A DNA stretch of 64,000 bases. Source: a virus. Positions within the stretch are counted from its first letter, which is position 1, and every line of letters starts with the position of its first letter. Positions 1 to 9,859 of the stretch are shown here, piece after piece. Under the pieces are notes generated by a model. The model was given only the letters and a program-made list of their open reading frames with translations. It did no database searches and had not been told where the DNA came from. The stretch spans positions 32,348-96,347 of the IMG/VR virus record IMGVR_UViG_3300034101_002201; one strand, 5' to 3'. Position numbers and translations under genes: made by a program.

Positions 1-171
1 GCTAGACAAACTATTACTATAGGCAAAGTATATGGTAATAATGTAAAAAAAGATATCTGGATTACACCAGAGTTATTAAAAGAATTTGAAGAAGAATCTA
101 ATATTGAATCATGTTTTGAACAAGCAATAATATACAATTATGACAAAAAAGAGCAAGCCAGAACTATTTAA
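1..171 (+). CDS. 3' end of a hypothetical protein truncated by the window edge
   Basis: Frame 1 is open from base 1 (ARQTITIGKVYG...EQARTI) to TAA at 169-171, overlapping the next start. Confidence 0.6.
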   Translation, partial: ARQTITIGKVYGNNVKKDIWITPELLKEFEEESNIESCFEQAIIYNYDKKEQARTI

Positions 172-655
172 CCAGCAATATCAAAAAGAATGGTCAGAAA
201 CTCACAAATACAAGCACATTCATACTGGTGAATATTGCACATTTGAAGCGTATGTTGCCGAATATATAGTTTTGAGAAGATCAGAGAAATTGAATCTTGG
301 CAAACCTTCATATAAATTTTGGACCAAGGGGGATCCTCTCCACTGGTTATGGAAAAAACAACATGGTGCCGCTGTTCAACTCAAAAAGAAATATAGTGAA
401 GAAGCTATATTACAAGCTATAAAATCAAAAGACTTTGATAAACTATTGGTACTTGGGATACAAAATGGTCGTGGATATAAAATTAATCCAGAAGCCGAAA
501 AAGTAGTTGCAAAATATCAAAATAAGATTGAAGAAGAACAAAATAAACCTAAAGTCAATCTTGAAGTCAAAGAAGAAAATACGCCGCTTGAAACTAGATC
601 GTCTAGTGGCTATAATACAAAAAGGACAACTTTGAACCAATTGAGGAATTTATGA
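140..655 (+). CDS. hypothetical phage protein
   Basis: 171-aa ORF coupled to recA by an ATGA overlap; no motif recognised. Confidence 0.7.
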   Translation: MTKKSKPELFNQQYQKEWSETHKYKHIHTGEYCTFEAYVAEYIVLRRSEKLNLGKPSYKFWTKGDPLHWLWKKQHGAAVQLKKKYSEEAILQAIKSKDFDKLLVLGIQNGRGYKINPEAEKVVAKYQNKIEEEQNKPKVNLEVKEENTPLETRSSSGYNTKRTTLNQLRNL

Positions 656-1758
656 GCAAAACCAAGAAGATAACGGGCAAGTTTGCAGAAGATTCGGTCA
701 GCAATTCCATAGTAAGCAAATATGGAGATGTTGTTAGGAGTGGAACAGAAGTTCTTCAGAATATAAATAGTCTTGGTGTTATAGGCATATCTCCAGCCCT
801 TGATATTGCTTTGGGTGGCGGATTAAGAGAGGGGTCTGTTGTAGTAATGACAGGAGATCCAAAGAGCGGAAAGACCACCACAGCCTTGCACTTTGCCGCC
901 AAATGTCAAAAGCTTAGTAAGAGAATCATTTATATAAATACAGAAGGCAGACTATCTAAGCAGAACTTTGATGGTATAAAAGGTCTAGAACCAGATAATA
1001 TCATAATTATAGAATCAACAGACGAGAGGGTTCTATCAGCAGAAGACTTCCTAAATATTATTGAGTTTTATATTAACAATGATCCCGGTTGTCTAATCAT
1101 CACTGACTCATTATCTAATATGGTTCCAGCGTGTGAATTAGAGGGAGAAGTGAGAACTGGGGTAAGAAATGCTTTGCCTAGATTACTCTCAATGTTTTTC
1201 AAACGTATTAGTGGTACGCTTATGAAGAATAAGACTATACTAATTTGTATTACTCACAACATTGCTAATACTGGCGGATCTCCATATGCACCACAAAAGA
1301 TGGCAGACTGTGGAAACATGTTACAATATCAAGCCGGTACAAATATGGTAATTACTCATCGCGGAAAATGGCAAGTACCAAAGGATACCGGTGTTCATGT
1401 TGGTCAAATAGCCAACTGGGTAATAAAAACATCAACTGCTGGCGGTAGGCCAAATAGCACAGCAGAAAGTTGGATCAAGTATGGGGTTGGTGTTGACGAA
1501 GTACAAGAAGTTGTTCAGATTGCTTGCGAATTTAGACTTATAAAAGCTTCTGGAGCTTGGTATACTATACAGTGTGCCGTAGATGATCCCACTGACCCAA
1601 TCATTAGCAAAACTTTACAAGATAATAATATTGGCAATACTTCAGAAGAGATAGAAAGATTTTTTAAGTTTCAAGGCGTAAATAATGTTTCTGAGTTTTT
1701 GAATAATAATCCATCTATTGCTGAATTCATCTATAGTAAAATTAAGGAGTTGCATTGA
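652..1758 (+). CDS. recA: RecA/UvsX-like recombinase
   Basis: LDIALGGG, Walker A GDPKSGKTT, YINTEG, Walker B LIITDS, C-terminal KASGAWY. Confidence 0.93.
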   Translation: MSKTKKITGKFAEDSVSNSIVSKYGDVVRSGTEVLQNINSLGVIGISPALDIALGGGLREGSVVVMTGDPKSGKTTTALHFAAKCQKLSKRIIYINTEGRLSKQNFDGIKGLEPDNIIIIESTDERVLSAEDFLNIIEFYINNDPGCLIITDSLSNMVPACELEGEVRTGVRNALPRLLSMFFKRISGTLMKNKTILICITHNIANTGGSPYAPQKMADCGNMLQYQAGTNMVITHRGKWQVPKDTGVHVGQIANWVIKTSTAGGRPNSTAESWIKYGVGVDEVQEVVQIACEFRLIKASGAWYTIQCAVDDPTDPIISKTLQDNNIGNTSEEIERFFKFQGVNNVSEFLNNNPSIAEFIYSKIKELH

Positions 1759-2177
1759 AAGTATCCGGCATAAATGGAAAAGAATATGTATGGAATTTAA
1801 CTGGATACGATGTCTTTAATGACGATGCTCGTAAAAGATCTAAATACCATATACGTGCTAGAAATATCTTAAAAGAGATATACAATAGCTATAGAATATT
1901 AGAAGAAGTAAAGCTGCCGGGAAGCACAGCACTACACAGAAAATCTGTTCTGTACCTTGACTTTTACATTCCTTCTATTAAACTGGGGGTTGAGGTTCAT
2001 GGAGAGCAGCATTATGAATATAATCCATTTTTTCATAAGAGCAAAGCAGACTTCATAAAAGGTCAGGTGCGTGACGATGATAAGATAAGTTGGTGTGAGT
2101 TGAATGGAATTGAGTTAATAACCCTAAAATATTCAGAAAGTGATGATGAGTGGCGAAAAAGAATTAAAGGCATCTGA
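1755..2177 (+). CDS. DUF559/Vsr-like PD-(D/E)XK endonuclease
   Basis: LYLDFYIP...GVEVHGEQHY...RDDDK motif set; TTG start overlaps the recA stop, with AAGGAG upstream. Confidence 0.8.
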   Translation: MKVSGINGKEYVWNLTGYDVFNDDARKRSKYHIRARNILKEIYNSYRILEEVKLPGSTALHRKSVLYLDFYIPSIKLGVEVHGEQHYEYNPFFHKSKADFIKGQVRDDDKISWCELNGIELITLKYSESDDEWRKRIKGI

Positions 2178-2622
2178 CAAGTTAGCAGAATATATAGCAT
2201 CAATTAATGATTATATAAATCTAACTAATACCAAGTTTTCATCTTTTAGAGAAGAGTACTTAGTTGTTGCAGATATGTCCTCTGAACAACTGAGGAAACT
2301 TACACAAGTAGAACTCTTTGATGCCGCGTATCTTCTATATGGATATGCAACATATATTCAAGATGAAATAAGTAAAAACAAAGTTGCATTAAACTGGTGC
2401 AATGATCAAATGGAAAAACTGATTGTTAAAAATAGTCAAGAATTTGGTCAATATACCAAACATGAATCTAAGAAACATATACTAGCAAATACAAATTCTT
2501 ATGCAGCTTCTCTAGAAAATATGAGAGAAGTAGCAGAAGCTAGATTGCAATCGCTAGATGGTAAAGTGTTTGAATTAAAAAGAAAAGCAGATATACTACT
2601 TGAGAAAGGTAAACGATCATGA
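2140..2622 (+). CDS. coiled-coil protein, possibly a UvsY-like recombination mediator
   Basis: All-helical heptad pattern, about 160 aa, downstream of recA; start uncertain (2140, 2143 or 2146). Confidence 0.5.
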   Translation: MMMSGEKELKASDKLAEYIASINDYINLTNTKFSSFREEYLVVADMSSEQLRKLTQVELFDAAYLLYGYATYIQDEISKNKVALNWCNDQMEKLIVKNSQEFGQYTKHESKKHILANTNSYAASLENMREVAEARLQSLDGKVFELKRKADILLEKGKRS

Positions 2623-3038
2623 GTATGAATGATTTCATAAACATGCTTAACGATGAGCAAAAACAAGCCCTATTAAAAGCACTTGTTGGAGATAGTCCCA
2701 CCGTTGCAAGCGTTCCAGTAGAAGTAAAAAAAGAAAGTATCAAGCAAATACAGTCTTCAACGCCAACTGCCAGCGTCAAAGAAGATTTTACAATGTACAG
2801 GCAGGACGATAATTCCAATGTAAGGAGAAAGGAACCAGTGAGAGCTAGAAAGAATGAATGGCAAGATACAGGAGAATCTCGGGACATAGAAACTCCACAA
2901 TTTGAACGTACTCCACGTAAGCGTCAACCATATAAAAAGATAGAAGTTGAATGCCACGCTTGTGGGAAAACCTTCAAAGAAGACCCTAAGTGTATTCATG
3001 GCGACTATTATAGATGTAATAGGTGTACTGGTAAATAA
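2619..3038 (+). CDS. hypothetical protein with C-terminal zinc ribbon
   Basis: CHAC...CNRC at the C-terminus. Confidence 0.65.
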   Translation: MSMNDFINMLNDEQKQALLKALVGDSPTVASVPVEVKKESIKQIQSSTPTASVKEDFTMYRQDDNSNVRRKEPVRARKNEWQDTGESRDIETPQFERTPRKRQPYKKIEVECHACGKTFKEDPKCIHGDYYRCNRCTGK

Positions 3039-3039
3039 C

Positions 3040-4506
3040 ATGGAAGTCAAACTAACTGATATTGGATCAGAAAGAGCCGTTTTAGCTGGACTATTGCAGC
3101 ATGGCATAGATGGATATGTAGCTATATCTGATGTAGTGAGTCAAGATACATTCGGGCATTTGAACAATCAAATATTGTTTAAGTGCATTGAAAAGGTTAT
3201 TCTCAACGACCAGAAAGTAGATATACCATCAATACTGTCCGCAGCAGATCAGTTAAATCTTTCTGAAAGCATAAATACAGATCAAGAGTTGAAGTACATA
3301 AAGTCTTTAATGGACTTCCCGATCAATAAAGATAATGTTTTTAGCTTTGCCATACAGATGAAGAAGTTTGAGTTTGCACGTAAGATAAAAGGTCTTACCG
3401 CAAAAATCCATAAAGATGTAGATAATGTTACTGGTGCTGAGTCTATAAATGAGATTATACAAATACTTGAGAATCCAGTTACTGACTTCTTGAGAGAAGA
3501 TGATAGCGGGGATCTTCCAGAAAAGATTGGCAAGGATGCTAAAGATTACATACAGTTTCTGGAAGATAATAAGTGTGACATTATAGGCATTCCAACTGGC
3601 TTCAATAAGTATGATGAAGCAATTGGTGGTGGATTACGAAGGAAGTGTGTTGATTTAATATCAGCACGACCAAAGGTTGGAAAAAGCGTATTCGCTGATA
3701 ATGTAGCATTAAATGTATCTTCTGGTGGCGTTCCAGTATTGATGCTAGATACGGAAATGAGCAAGGAAGATCACTTAAATAGGTTATTAGCAAACATCAG
3801 TGGAGTACCGATCAACGAAGTAGCTACTGGTAAATTTACAGAAGACGAAGAAAAACGAAACAGGGTAATGGAAGCAATTGAAAAGATTGAGTCTATACCT
3901 TATAGTTATGTTAGCGTGGCTGGAAAACCATTTGAGCAAATACTTAACCTAATTAAGCGATGGGTTATGCAAGAGGTCAAAATGGGGGACAATGGCAAGA
4001 CAAATAACTGTTTGATTATATATGATTACCTTAAGTTGATGTCATCTACTTCTATTACTAATAATATACAAGAATACCAAGCACTTGGTTTTCAAATTAC
4101 GTCGCTACATAATCTTTGCGTCAAGCTTGACATACCATGCTTGTCCTTTGTACAATTGAACCGTGACGGCATAACAAAAGAAAGCACAGACGCTGTTTCT
4201 GGATCAGATAGATTGATTTGGCTATGTACGTCATTTAGCATATTCAAAATCAAGTCTCCAGAAGAACTAGCAGAAGATGGACCAAATGCTGGAAATAGAA
4301 AGCTTGTGCCAATTGTTTCAAGGCATGGTGGAGGTTTGGATGATGGTGATTATATTAACATGGTAATGCAGGGATCTCATGCCAAGTTAAGAGAATTGAA
4401 AACACGCAATGAATTTAAGAATCAGCCAATTGGAGATACTGGTATGGTGAATCAAAATACATTAGATAAGCTAAAAATTAATGGACTTGCAGAAGATCAA
4501 GAATAG
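3040..4506 (+). CDS. dnaB: replicative DnaB-family helicase
   Basis: SERAVLAGLL N-domain, GIPTGF, Walker A ARPKVGKS, TEM, IIYDYL, QLNR; ATG at 3040 preferred over the track start 2947, which overlaps the previous gene. Confidence 0.93.
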   Translation: MEVKLTDIGSERAVLAGLLQHGIDGYVAISDVVSQDTFGHLNNQILFKCIEKVILNDQKVDIPSILSAADQLNLSESINTDQELKYIKSLMDFPINKDNVFSFAIQMKKFEFARKIKGLTAKIHKDVDNVTGAESINEIIQILENPVTDFLREDDSGDLPEKIGKDAKDYIQFLEDNKCDIIGIPTGFNKYDEAIGGGLRRKCVDLISARPKVGKSVFADNVALNVSSGGVPVLMLDTEMSKEDHLNRLLANISGVPINEVATGKFTEDEEKRNRVMEAIEKIESIPYSYVSVAGKPFEQILNLIKRWVMQEVKMGDNGKTNNCLIIYDYLKLMSSTSITNNIQEYQALGFQITSLHNLCVKLDIPCLSFVQLNRDGITKESTDAVSGSDRLIWLCTSFSIFKIKSPEELAEDGPNAGNRKLVPIVSRHGGGLDDGDYINMVMQGSHAKLRELKTRNEFKNQPIGDTGMVNQNTLDKLKINGLAEDQE

Positions 4507-5521
4507 TCTTAACGAGCAGTCAGAAGAAGTATTCTCAAAACTAGGTATGAAATACGAAGTTTTAGGGGATAACATCTATTGTAATTGTCCTGTTCATGAA
4601 GGCAGCGACAACCCAAGAGCATTTTCATTCTCTAAAGATAAAGGTATATGGAAATGTTGGACTAGAGATTGTCAGCAACAATATAGGAATGACATATTTG
4701 GAGTTATAAGAGGATCACTTTCAAAGGAGAGCGGAATAGAGGCTGAATTTTCTGATGCTCTAAAGTGGGCGTGTAATTTTCTAGGCATCAAAAAGGGCAG
4801 AAGTTCATCTCAAAAACCAACTGTAAAAGAACCAGTAAAAGAAGATGACTTCAGTAAACTAGTAAATACAATAAACTCTAGTATCAAGTTAGATGATAAC
4901 TATCCAGCAATTGAAATAGAAGAATGTGTAAAAACGCCATCACAATATTTCATATCAAGGGGATTCAAGCCAGAAACTTTAATACATTTTGGCGTTGGAG
5001 ATTGTTATGATCGTGGATCAAAATTACATGAAAGATCTATTATACCTATACATAATGATTCTGGTGACAAAGTAATAGCTTGTATCGCAAGATCTATAAA
5101 AGACTATAGAAGTCCAAAATTTCTTCTAGATCCAAAGGGATTTGACAAGAGATATTTTTTTTATAACTATCATCGTGCCATAGAGGGTGTGAAACAAACA
5201 TCATCATTATTTCTAGTAGAAGGACAAGGCGATGTTTGGAGATTATATGAAGCTGGTATTACTCAATCAATGAGTATTTTTGGTAGGAGTCTTAGTAAAG
5301 AACAAGAACTAAAACTGTCTAAAATGCCTCTAACGCATATAATAGTCTTACTAGACAACGATCAAGCCGGTCGAGAGGCAAAGGTTCAACTCCAGAGACA
5401 ATTGGGTAGAATGTATAAGTTATCTTTCCCCAAGATACCAACCAAAGACGTTGGCGAGATGAGAGTCGAACAAGTAAAAAATATTATCATACCACAGGTT
5501 AGAGGAATAATAAATGGTTAA
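4481..5521 (+). CDS. dnaG: DNA primase (CHC2 zinc finger + TOPRIM)
   Basis: CPVH...CWTRDC zinc site, VEGQGDV, LDNDQAG, KDVGE. Confidence 0.9.
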   Translation: MDLQKIKNSLNEQSEEVFSKLGMKYEVLGDNIYCNCPVHEGSDNPRAFSFSKDKGIWKCWTRDCQQQYRNDIFGVIRGSLSKESGIEAEFSDALKWACNFLGIKKGRSSSQKPTVKEPVKEDDFSKLVNTINSSIKLDDNYPAIEIEECVKTPSQYFISRGFKPETLIHFGVGDCYDRGSKLHERSIIPIHNDSGDKVIACIARSIKDYRSPKFLLDPKGFDKRYFFYNYHRAIEGVKQTSSLFLVEGQGDVWRLYEAGITQSMSIFGRSLSKEQELKLSKMPLTHIIVLLDNDQAGREAKVQLQRQLGRMYKLSFPKIPTKDVGEMRVEQVKNIIIPQVRGIING

Positions 5522-6254
5522 AATTATTGGTATTTCTGGTAGAAAACAATCTGGAAAAAATACTGTAGCAAATTACATTAATGGTCAGGTTTTAAAAGAA
5601 AGATCTATGATAAATGACTTTGCTATTGGCAATGATGGAAATTTACTAATAAATACTCAGGATATAACTGGAACAAGTGGATATGGAATTTTTGACGTTA
5701 CCAGAAAAGACAATGTTTTTATTGACTATGCTGAAAGAGAATTATGGCCTTATATAAAAGTATATCATTTTGCCGACTACCTAAAAGATATGTGCGTTAA
5801 TTTATTTGGACTCAATTCTAAGAATGTATATGGCAATGATGATCAAAAGAATGAATTTACGCCATTCTTATGGGAAGATATGCCAACAGAAACAAATAAA
5901 ATTGGATATATGACCCACAGGGAGTTTTTAGAGTACTTTGGGACTAAAATAATAAGAAGAGTAAAATCAGACGCTTGGGTATATGCAACAATCAACAAAA
6001 TACTAAATGAAGGTTCTCAGTTGGCTATTGTTCCAGATGTTAGATTTCCAAACGAAGTCAAGGCTATTAAAGACAATGGTGGAATTGTTATAAGATTAAG
6101 TAGAAATATATTCAATAGCGATTCTGAATCGGAGTCATCGTTAGATAGTGATAAATTTGATTGGCACAATTTTGATCACGTTGTTGATAATCACAATATG
6201 ACACTAGAAGTTCTATGCGATGAACTTAAAAACAATACTTTTTGGAGAATTTAA
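5514..6254 (+). CDS. deoxynucleoside monophosphate kinase (T4 gp1-like)
   Basis: P-loop GISGRKQSGKNT, FADYLK, REFLEYFGT, VPDVRFPNE. Confidence 0.85.
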   Translation: MVKIIGISGRKQSGKNTVANYINGQVLKERSMINDFAIGNDGNLLINTQDITGTSGYGIFDVTRKDNVFIDYAERELWPYIKVYHFADYLKDMCVNLFGLNSKNVYGNDDQKNEFTPFLWEDMPTETNKIGYMTHREFLEYFGTKIIRRVKSDAWVYATINKILNEGSQLAIVPDVRFPNEVKAIKDNGGIVIRLSRNIFNSDSESESSLDSDKFDWHNFDHVVDNHNMTLEVLCDELKNNTFWRI

Positions 6255-7274
6255 ATGTTAGTAACCTATATACGATCTTCTAGTTATAATAATTATGCGT
6301 ACTGTCAGATGCAGTACTTTATAACATATGTGCTGGGACATCAACCCGACAGTGGGAAAAAAGCTGAACTAGGGACAATAGTTCATAAGGTTATGGAAGC
6401 ATTAGCCCAACTTAAAAAGTACCAACAAGATAATCCTAAGAAAGCAACATTAACAATAGAAGACGATGCCTTAAAAACAGTATCTGTCAAAAAAAATGAT
6501 TTTCTTAAAAGCTCTACTGTGGAAAATTTGCTATCCAGAAGTTTTGATTTTTATACTGGTGGATCTAAGCACACTTTTACTAAAAGCGATAAAGATTTGT
6601 GCTTAAAGCTTGTTTGGGATACATTAAAATATAACGACGGGCAGTTTGATCCTAGGCTTAGAAAGATAGTTGCAGCAGAACCTCATTTTGATATACCGAT
6701 TGATGAAGATTGGGCTTTTTACGAATACGAAGTAAATGGTCAAAAGGTGAAGGGGCAATTAGCAATTAAGGGTACAATTGACTTAGTAACAGAAACAGAA
6801 GAAGGTATTATTGAAGTAATTGATTGGAAGACAGGTCGTAGGCTGGATTGGGCTACGGGTGAGGAAAAAACATATGGAAAATTATGTTCAGACCCTCAGT
6901 TATTGCTATATAATTATGCAATTTCTAAGCTTTTCCCACAATATAAGCAGTCAATAATGAGCATCTTTTTTATTAAGGATGGTGGTCCATTTTCCATGTG
7001 TTTTGACAAAGCTGATGAAAAAAGATTTTTGGAGATGCTAAAGGAAAGATTCCTAGACATTAAAAATAATGAAAAACCACAGCCAATTTCACCAAATAGA
7101 GAAAATTGGAAATGTACCAAATTGTGCCATTATTGCAAAAATAACTGGCCGGGAACAGAAACCAACATGTGTATATATATAGAGAATAGCATCAAAACCA
7201 AAGGTATGGAAACTACAATTGATAACTGTACAAAAGAAGGATTTCAGATAGGGTTTTATTCAGCACCCGGATAA
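6255..7274 (+). CDS. PD-(D/E)XK RecB/Cas4-like exonuclease with probable Fe-S cysteines
   Basis: N-terminal C, GTIVH, GTIDL...IDWKTG, QLLLY, C-terminal CTKLCHYC...C. Confidence 0.85.
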   Translation: MLVTYIRSSSYNNYAYCQMQYFITYVLGHQPDSGKKAELGTIVHKVMEALAQLKKYQQDNPKKATLTIEDDALKTVSVKKNDFLKSSTVENLLSRSFDFYTGGSKHTFTKSDKDLCLKLVWDTLKYNDGQFDPRLRKIVAAEPHFDIPIDEDWAFYEYEVNGQKVKGQLAIKGTIDLVTETEEGIIEVIDWKTGRRLDWATGEEKTYGKLCSDPQLLLYNYAISKLFPQYKQSIMSIFFIKDGGPFSMCFDKADEKRFLEMLKERFLDIKNNEKPQPISPNRENWKCTKLCHYCKNNWPGTETNMCIYIENSIKTKGMETTIDNCTKEGFQIGFYSAPG

Positions 7275-7283
7275 AGGAAAAAT

Positions 7284-8141
7284 ATGAGTAAATTGCTAAG
7301 TATAGGAATGTCAACTTATGATGATTTTGATGGCGTTTATTTTAGCGTACAAGCATTGAGATCATATCATAAAATTTTAAATGACATTGATTATGAAATA
7401 ATAATAATAGACAATAATCCAGACAGCGAACACGGTAAGATGGTAAAGGGTTTGATAGGCTGGGTTGGCAATAATGGAAAATATATTCCATTTAAAGATA
7501 AACAAAGCACTTCCGTAAGAAATGAAATATTCAAAAATTCATCTGGCAAATACACAATTTCTATCGACTGTCACGTTTTAATAGAAAATGGTGGATTAGA
7601 ATCATTATTAACTTACTACATGCAAAATCCAGACTGCAAAGACATAATTCAAGGCCCAATGCTATATGATAATTTAAAACAATACTCTACACACTTTTCT
7701 CCAGAATGGAGAGGACATATGTATGGTATTTGGGGGACAAATGAGGATGGATATAATTCTGGTAAACCTTTTGAAATACCAATGATGGGATTGGGATTAT
7801 TTTCATGCGAAACAAAAAATTGGCGTGGATTTAGTGAACATTTTAAGGGTTTTGGTGGCGAAGAAGGATATATACACGAAAAGTTTAGACTTAATGGCGG
7901 CAAAGCAATGTGCATACCACAACTAAAATGGATACATCGTTTTGGTAGGCCATTTGGAGTCAAGTATCCGTTAATCTTAGAAGATAGAATATGGAATTAT
8001 TTTGTGGGGTGGATAGAATTAACCAAAGATCCGAATCATCCCATGGTAACTGGTGCTTATAATCACTTCAAAAATTCTATACCTGCGGGTAGTATAGACA
8101 ATATTTTATCTAATGCTAAAAAACTTATTTTAGGAGAATAA
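7284..8141 (+). CDS. glycosyltransferase, GT-A fold (GT2-like)
   Basis: LSIGMSTY, IIIIDNN, SIDCH, GFGGEE, WIH. Confidence 0.8.
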   Translation: MSKLLSIGMSTYDDFDGVYFSVQALRSYHKILNDIDYEIIIIDNNPDSEHGKMVKGLIGWVGNNGKYIPFKDKQSTSVRNEIFKNSSGKYTISIDCHVLIENGGLESLLTYYMQNPDCKDIIQGPMLYDNLKQYSTHFSPEWRGHMYGIWGTNEDGYNSGKPFEIPMMGLGLFSCETKNWRGFSEHFKGFGGEEGYIHEKFRLNGGKAMCIPQLKWIHRFGRPFGVKYPLILEDRIWNYFVGWIELTKDPNHPMVTGAYNHFKNSIPAGSIDNILSNAKKLILGE

Positions 8142-8142
8142 T

Positions 8143-9150
8143 ATGCCAATTCCACAACGTAGTAAAGATGAAAATAAAGATAAATTTGTTTCTAGATGTA
8201 TGGGAAATGAAACGATGAAAAAAGAATATCCAGATTCTCAACAGAGAGTTGCAATATGTATAGATCAAGCAACATCTGACTGCGGATGCGTTGAGGCCGC
8301 AGACTTTAAATTACAAATGGAAGCATATGGATATGAAGAAGAATTAACAGAAGAAAATCTACACATACCATTAGAAGCAGAATATGAAGACTTTGGCGAA
8401 GAAACAGAAGAATATGACATAGCAGCAGAAAAACCGGGATTATGGGAAAATATAAGAAAGAAAAAAGATAGAATGGGTAAGAAATACAAACCCGCCAAAC
8501 CCGGAGATCCAGATCGTCCAGATCCAAAGTCATGGAAAAAGGCACAATCAGACGGTGGTGACGAGATGGCTTTAGAACAAATACAGAAGATGCATGATCA
8601 ATTGATGGAAATAGTAACCAAATTAAAAGTCATGTCACTACCAGTAGAGTTCCAAGATTGGACTAAGGATATGATTTCTAAGGCAGAGATTTATATACAG
8701 AATGTATATGACTTTGTTAAGTATTATGAGCCGGGAAAATATGAAGATGAATATGTAGAAGATCCATCAGAAGTCAAGACAGAAGAACCAGAAATGGAAG
8801 AAGGTTCATATGAATATCAAGATCCGCAAACTGGCGAGGTATATACTTACAAACGACGAGGATATTATGAAAAAAATGGTAGAACACTTTTATATTTAGG
8901 AGAAGCAAGCGAATATCAAGGCAGAAAAGTTACTCTGAATAAACCATTCAGAACTTCTAATGGTCCTAAAAAGTTTGCAGTATATGTCAAAAATGAGAGT
9001 GGAAATGTCGTGATTGTTAGATTTGGCGATCCAAATATGACAATAAAGAAAAACATTCCAGAAAGACGTAAGAGTTTTAGAGCCAGACACAATTGTGACA
9101 ATCCGGGTCCAAAATGGAAGGCCCGATATTGGGCTTGTAAGAGTTGGTAA
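8143..9150 (+). CDS. modular protein of small basic domains joined by acidic linkers (possible virion internal protein)
   Basis: Modules FVSRCM...QRVAIC, GLWENIRKKK, WTKDMISKAEIYIQNVYDF and VRFGDPNM...RRKSFRARHNC...RYWACKSW, separated by E/D-rich tracts; AGGAG RBS. Confidence 0.6.
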   Translation: MPIPQRSKDENKDKFVSRCMGNETMKKEYPDSQQRVAICIDQATSDCGCVEAADFKLQMEAYGYEEELTEENLHIPLEAEYEDFGEETEEYDIAAEKPGLWENIRKKKDRMGKKYKPAKPGDPDRPDPKSWKKAQSDGGDEMALEQIQKMHDQLMEIVTKLKVMSLPVEFQDWTKDMISKAEIYIQNVYDFVKYYEPGKYEDEYVEDPSEVKTEEPEMEEGSYEYQDPQTGEVYTYKRRGYYEKNGRTLLYLGEASEYQGRKVTLNKPFRTSNGPKKFAVYVKNESGNVVIVRFGDPNMTIKKNIPERRKSFRARHNCDNPGPKWKARYWACKSW

Positions 9151-9168
9151 TAGACAACGGGGGTTCTA

Positions 9169-9816
9169 GTGTTAGATAGCATAAAAGACATAGATCATAT
9201 ACTTCAAAGTAAAAAAATAAATGACCTCAAATATACAGAAAATCCTAAAAAATTTAATGTAAAATATGGTTTAACATGGAAGGATATACTAGAACCCCCA
9301 CCGTCAAACGATAGCTTAATAGTTGCAGATGAATTAAATTATCTGTCTAGATTAACACCTAATCTTTCAAACTCTCAAATAGATTTGATAAAAATTGTCG
9401 ATGATGACCCAAAACACTTATTTAATCAAACATTGTATAAACGTGGTTTAGAATTTCCAGAGGATATATTCAACAAATATTACAACATTATAGATGATTA
9501 TATCTTAGCAGTTAAATATCATTTTAACAGGGTAAAACCAGAATATTTAGGAAATATACTGGGAAAAAAAATAAACGTTATCGAATCCAAAACCACAAAA
9601 ACGCCATCATATCCATCTGGACACACTTGTTATGCCGTGTTAGCATCGATTTTATGTTCTAGATTGTATCCAGCTTTAATAAATGAATTCAGAGAAAATG
9701 TTAAAATAACTGCATACTGTAGAGAAATGCAGGGTGTACATTATCCATCGGATAATAAAGCCTCTATTATTTTTACAGAGTCCATTTTTGATCAGTTGCA
9801 TAAGATACTTGGTTAG
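9169..9816 (+). CDS. PAP2-superfamily phosphatase
   Basis: KYHFNRVKP, PSYPSGH and CREMQGVHYPSD match the three PAP2 motifs. Confidence 0.85.
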   Translation: MLDSIKDIDHILQSKKINDLKYTENPKKFNVKYGLTWKDILEPPPSNDSLIVADELNYLSRLTPNLSNSQIDLIKIVDDDPKHLFNQTLYKRGLEFPEDIFNKYYNIIDDYILAVKYHFNRVKPEYLGNILGKKINVIESKTTKTPSYPSGHTCYAVLASILCSRLYPALINEFRENVKITAYCREMQGVHYPSDNKASIIFTESIFDQLHKILG

Positions 9817-9824
9817 GCTATAAT
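9796..9824 (+). promoter_or_regulatory. sigma70-type promoter for the dnaE block
   Basis: TTGCAT (9796-9801), 17-nt spacer, TATAAT (9819-9824); AGGAG at 9849-9853 precedes GTG at 9860. Confidence 0.65.
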
Positions 9825-9859
9825 AAGCTTGACCATCGCTACTTGCTTAGGAGATTGCT

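Noticed and set aside
6255-7274. CRISPR-Cas system suggested by the Cas4-like nuclease
   Set aside because: No repeat-spacer array or other cas gene seen; solo Cas4/RecB-like nucleases are common in phage replication modules
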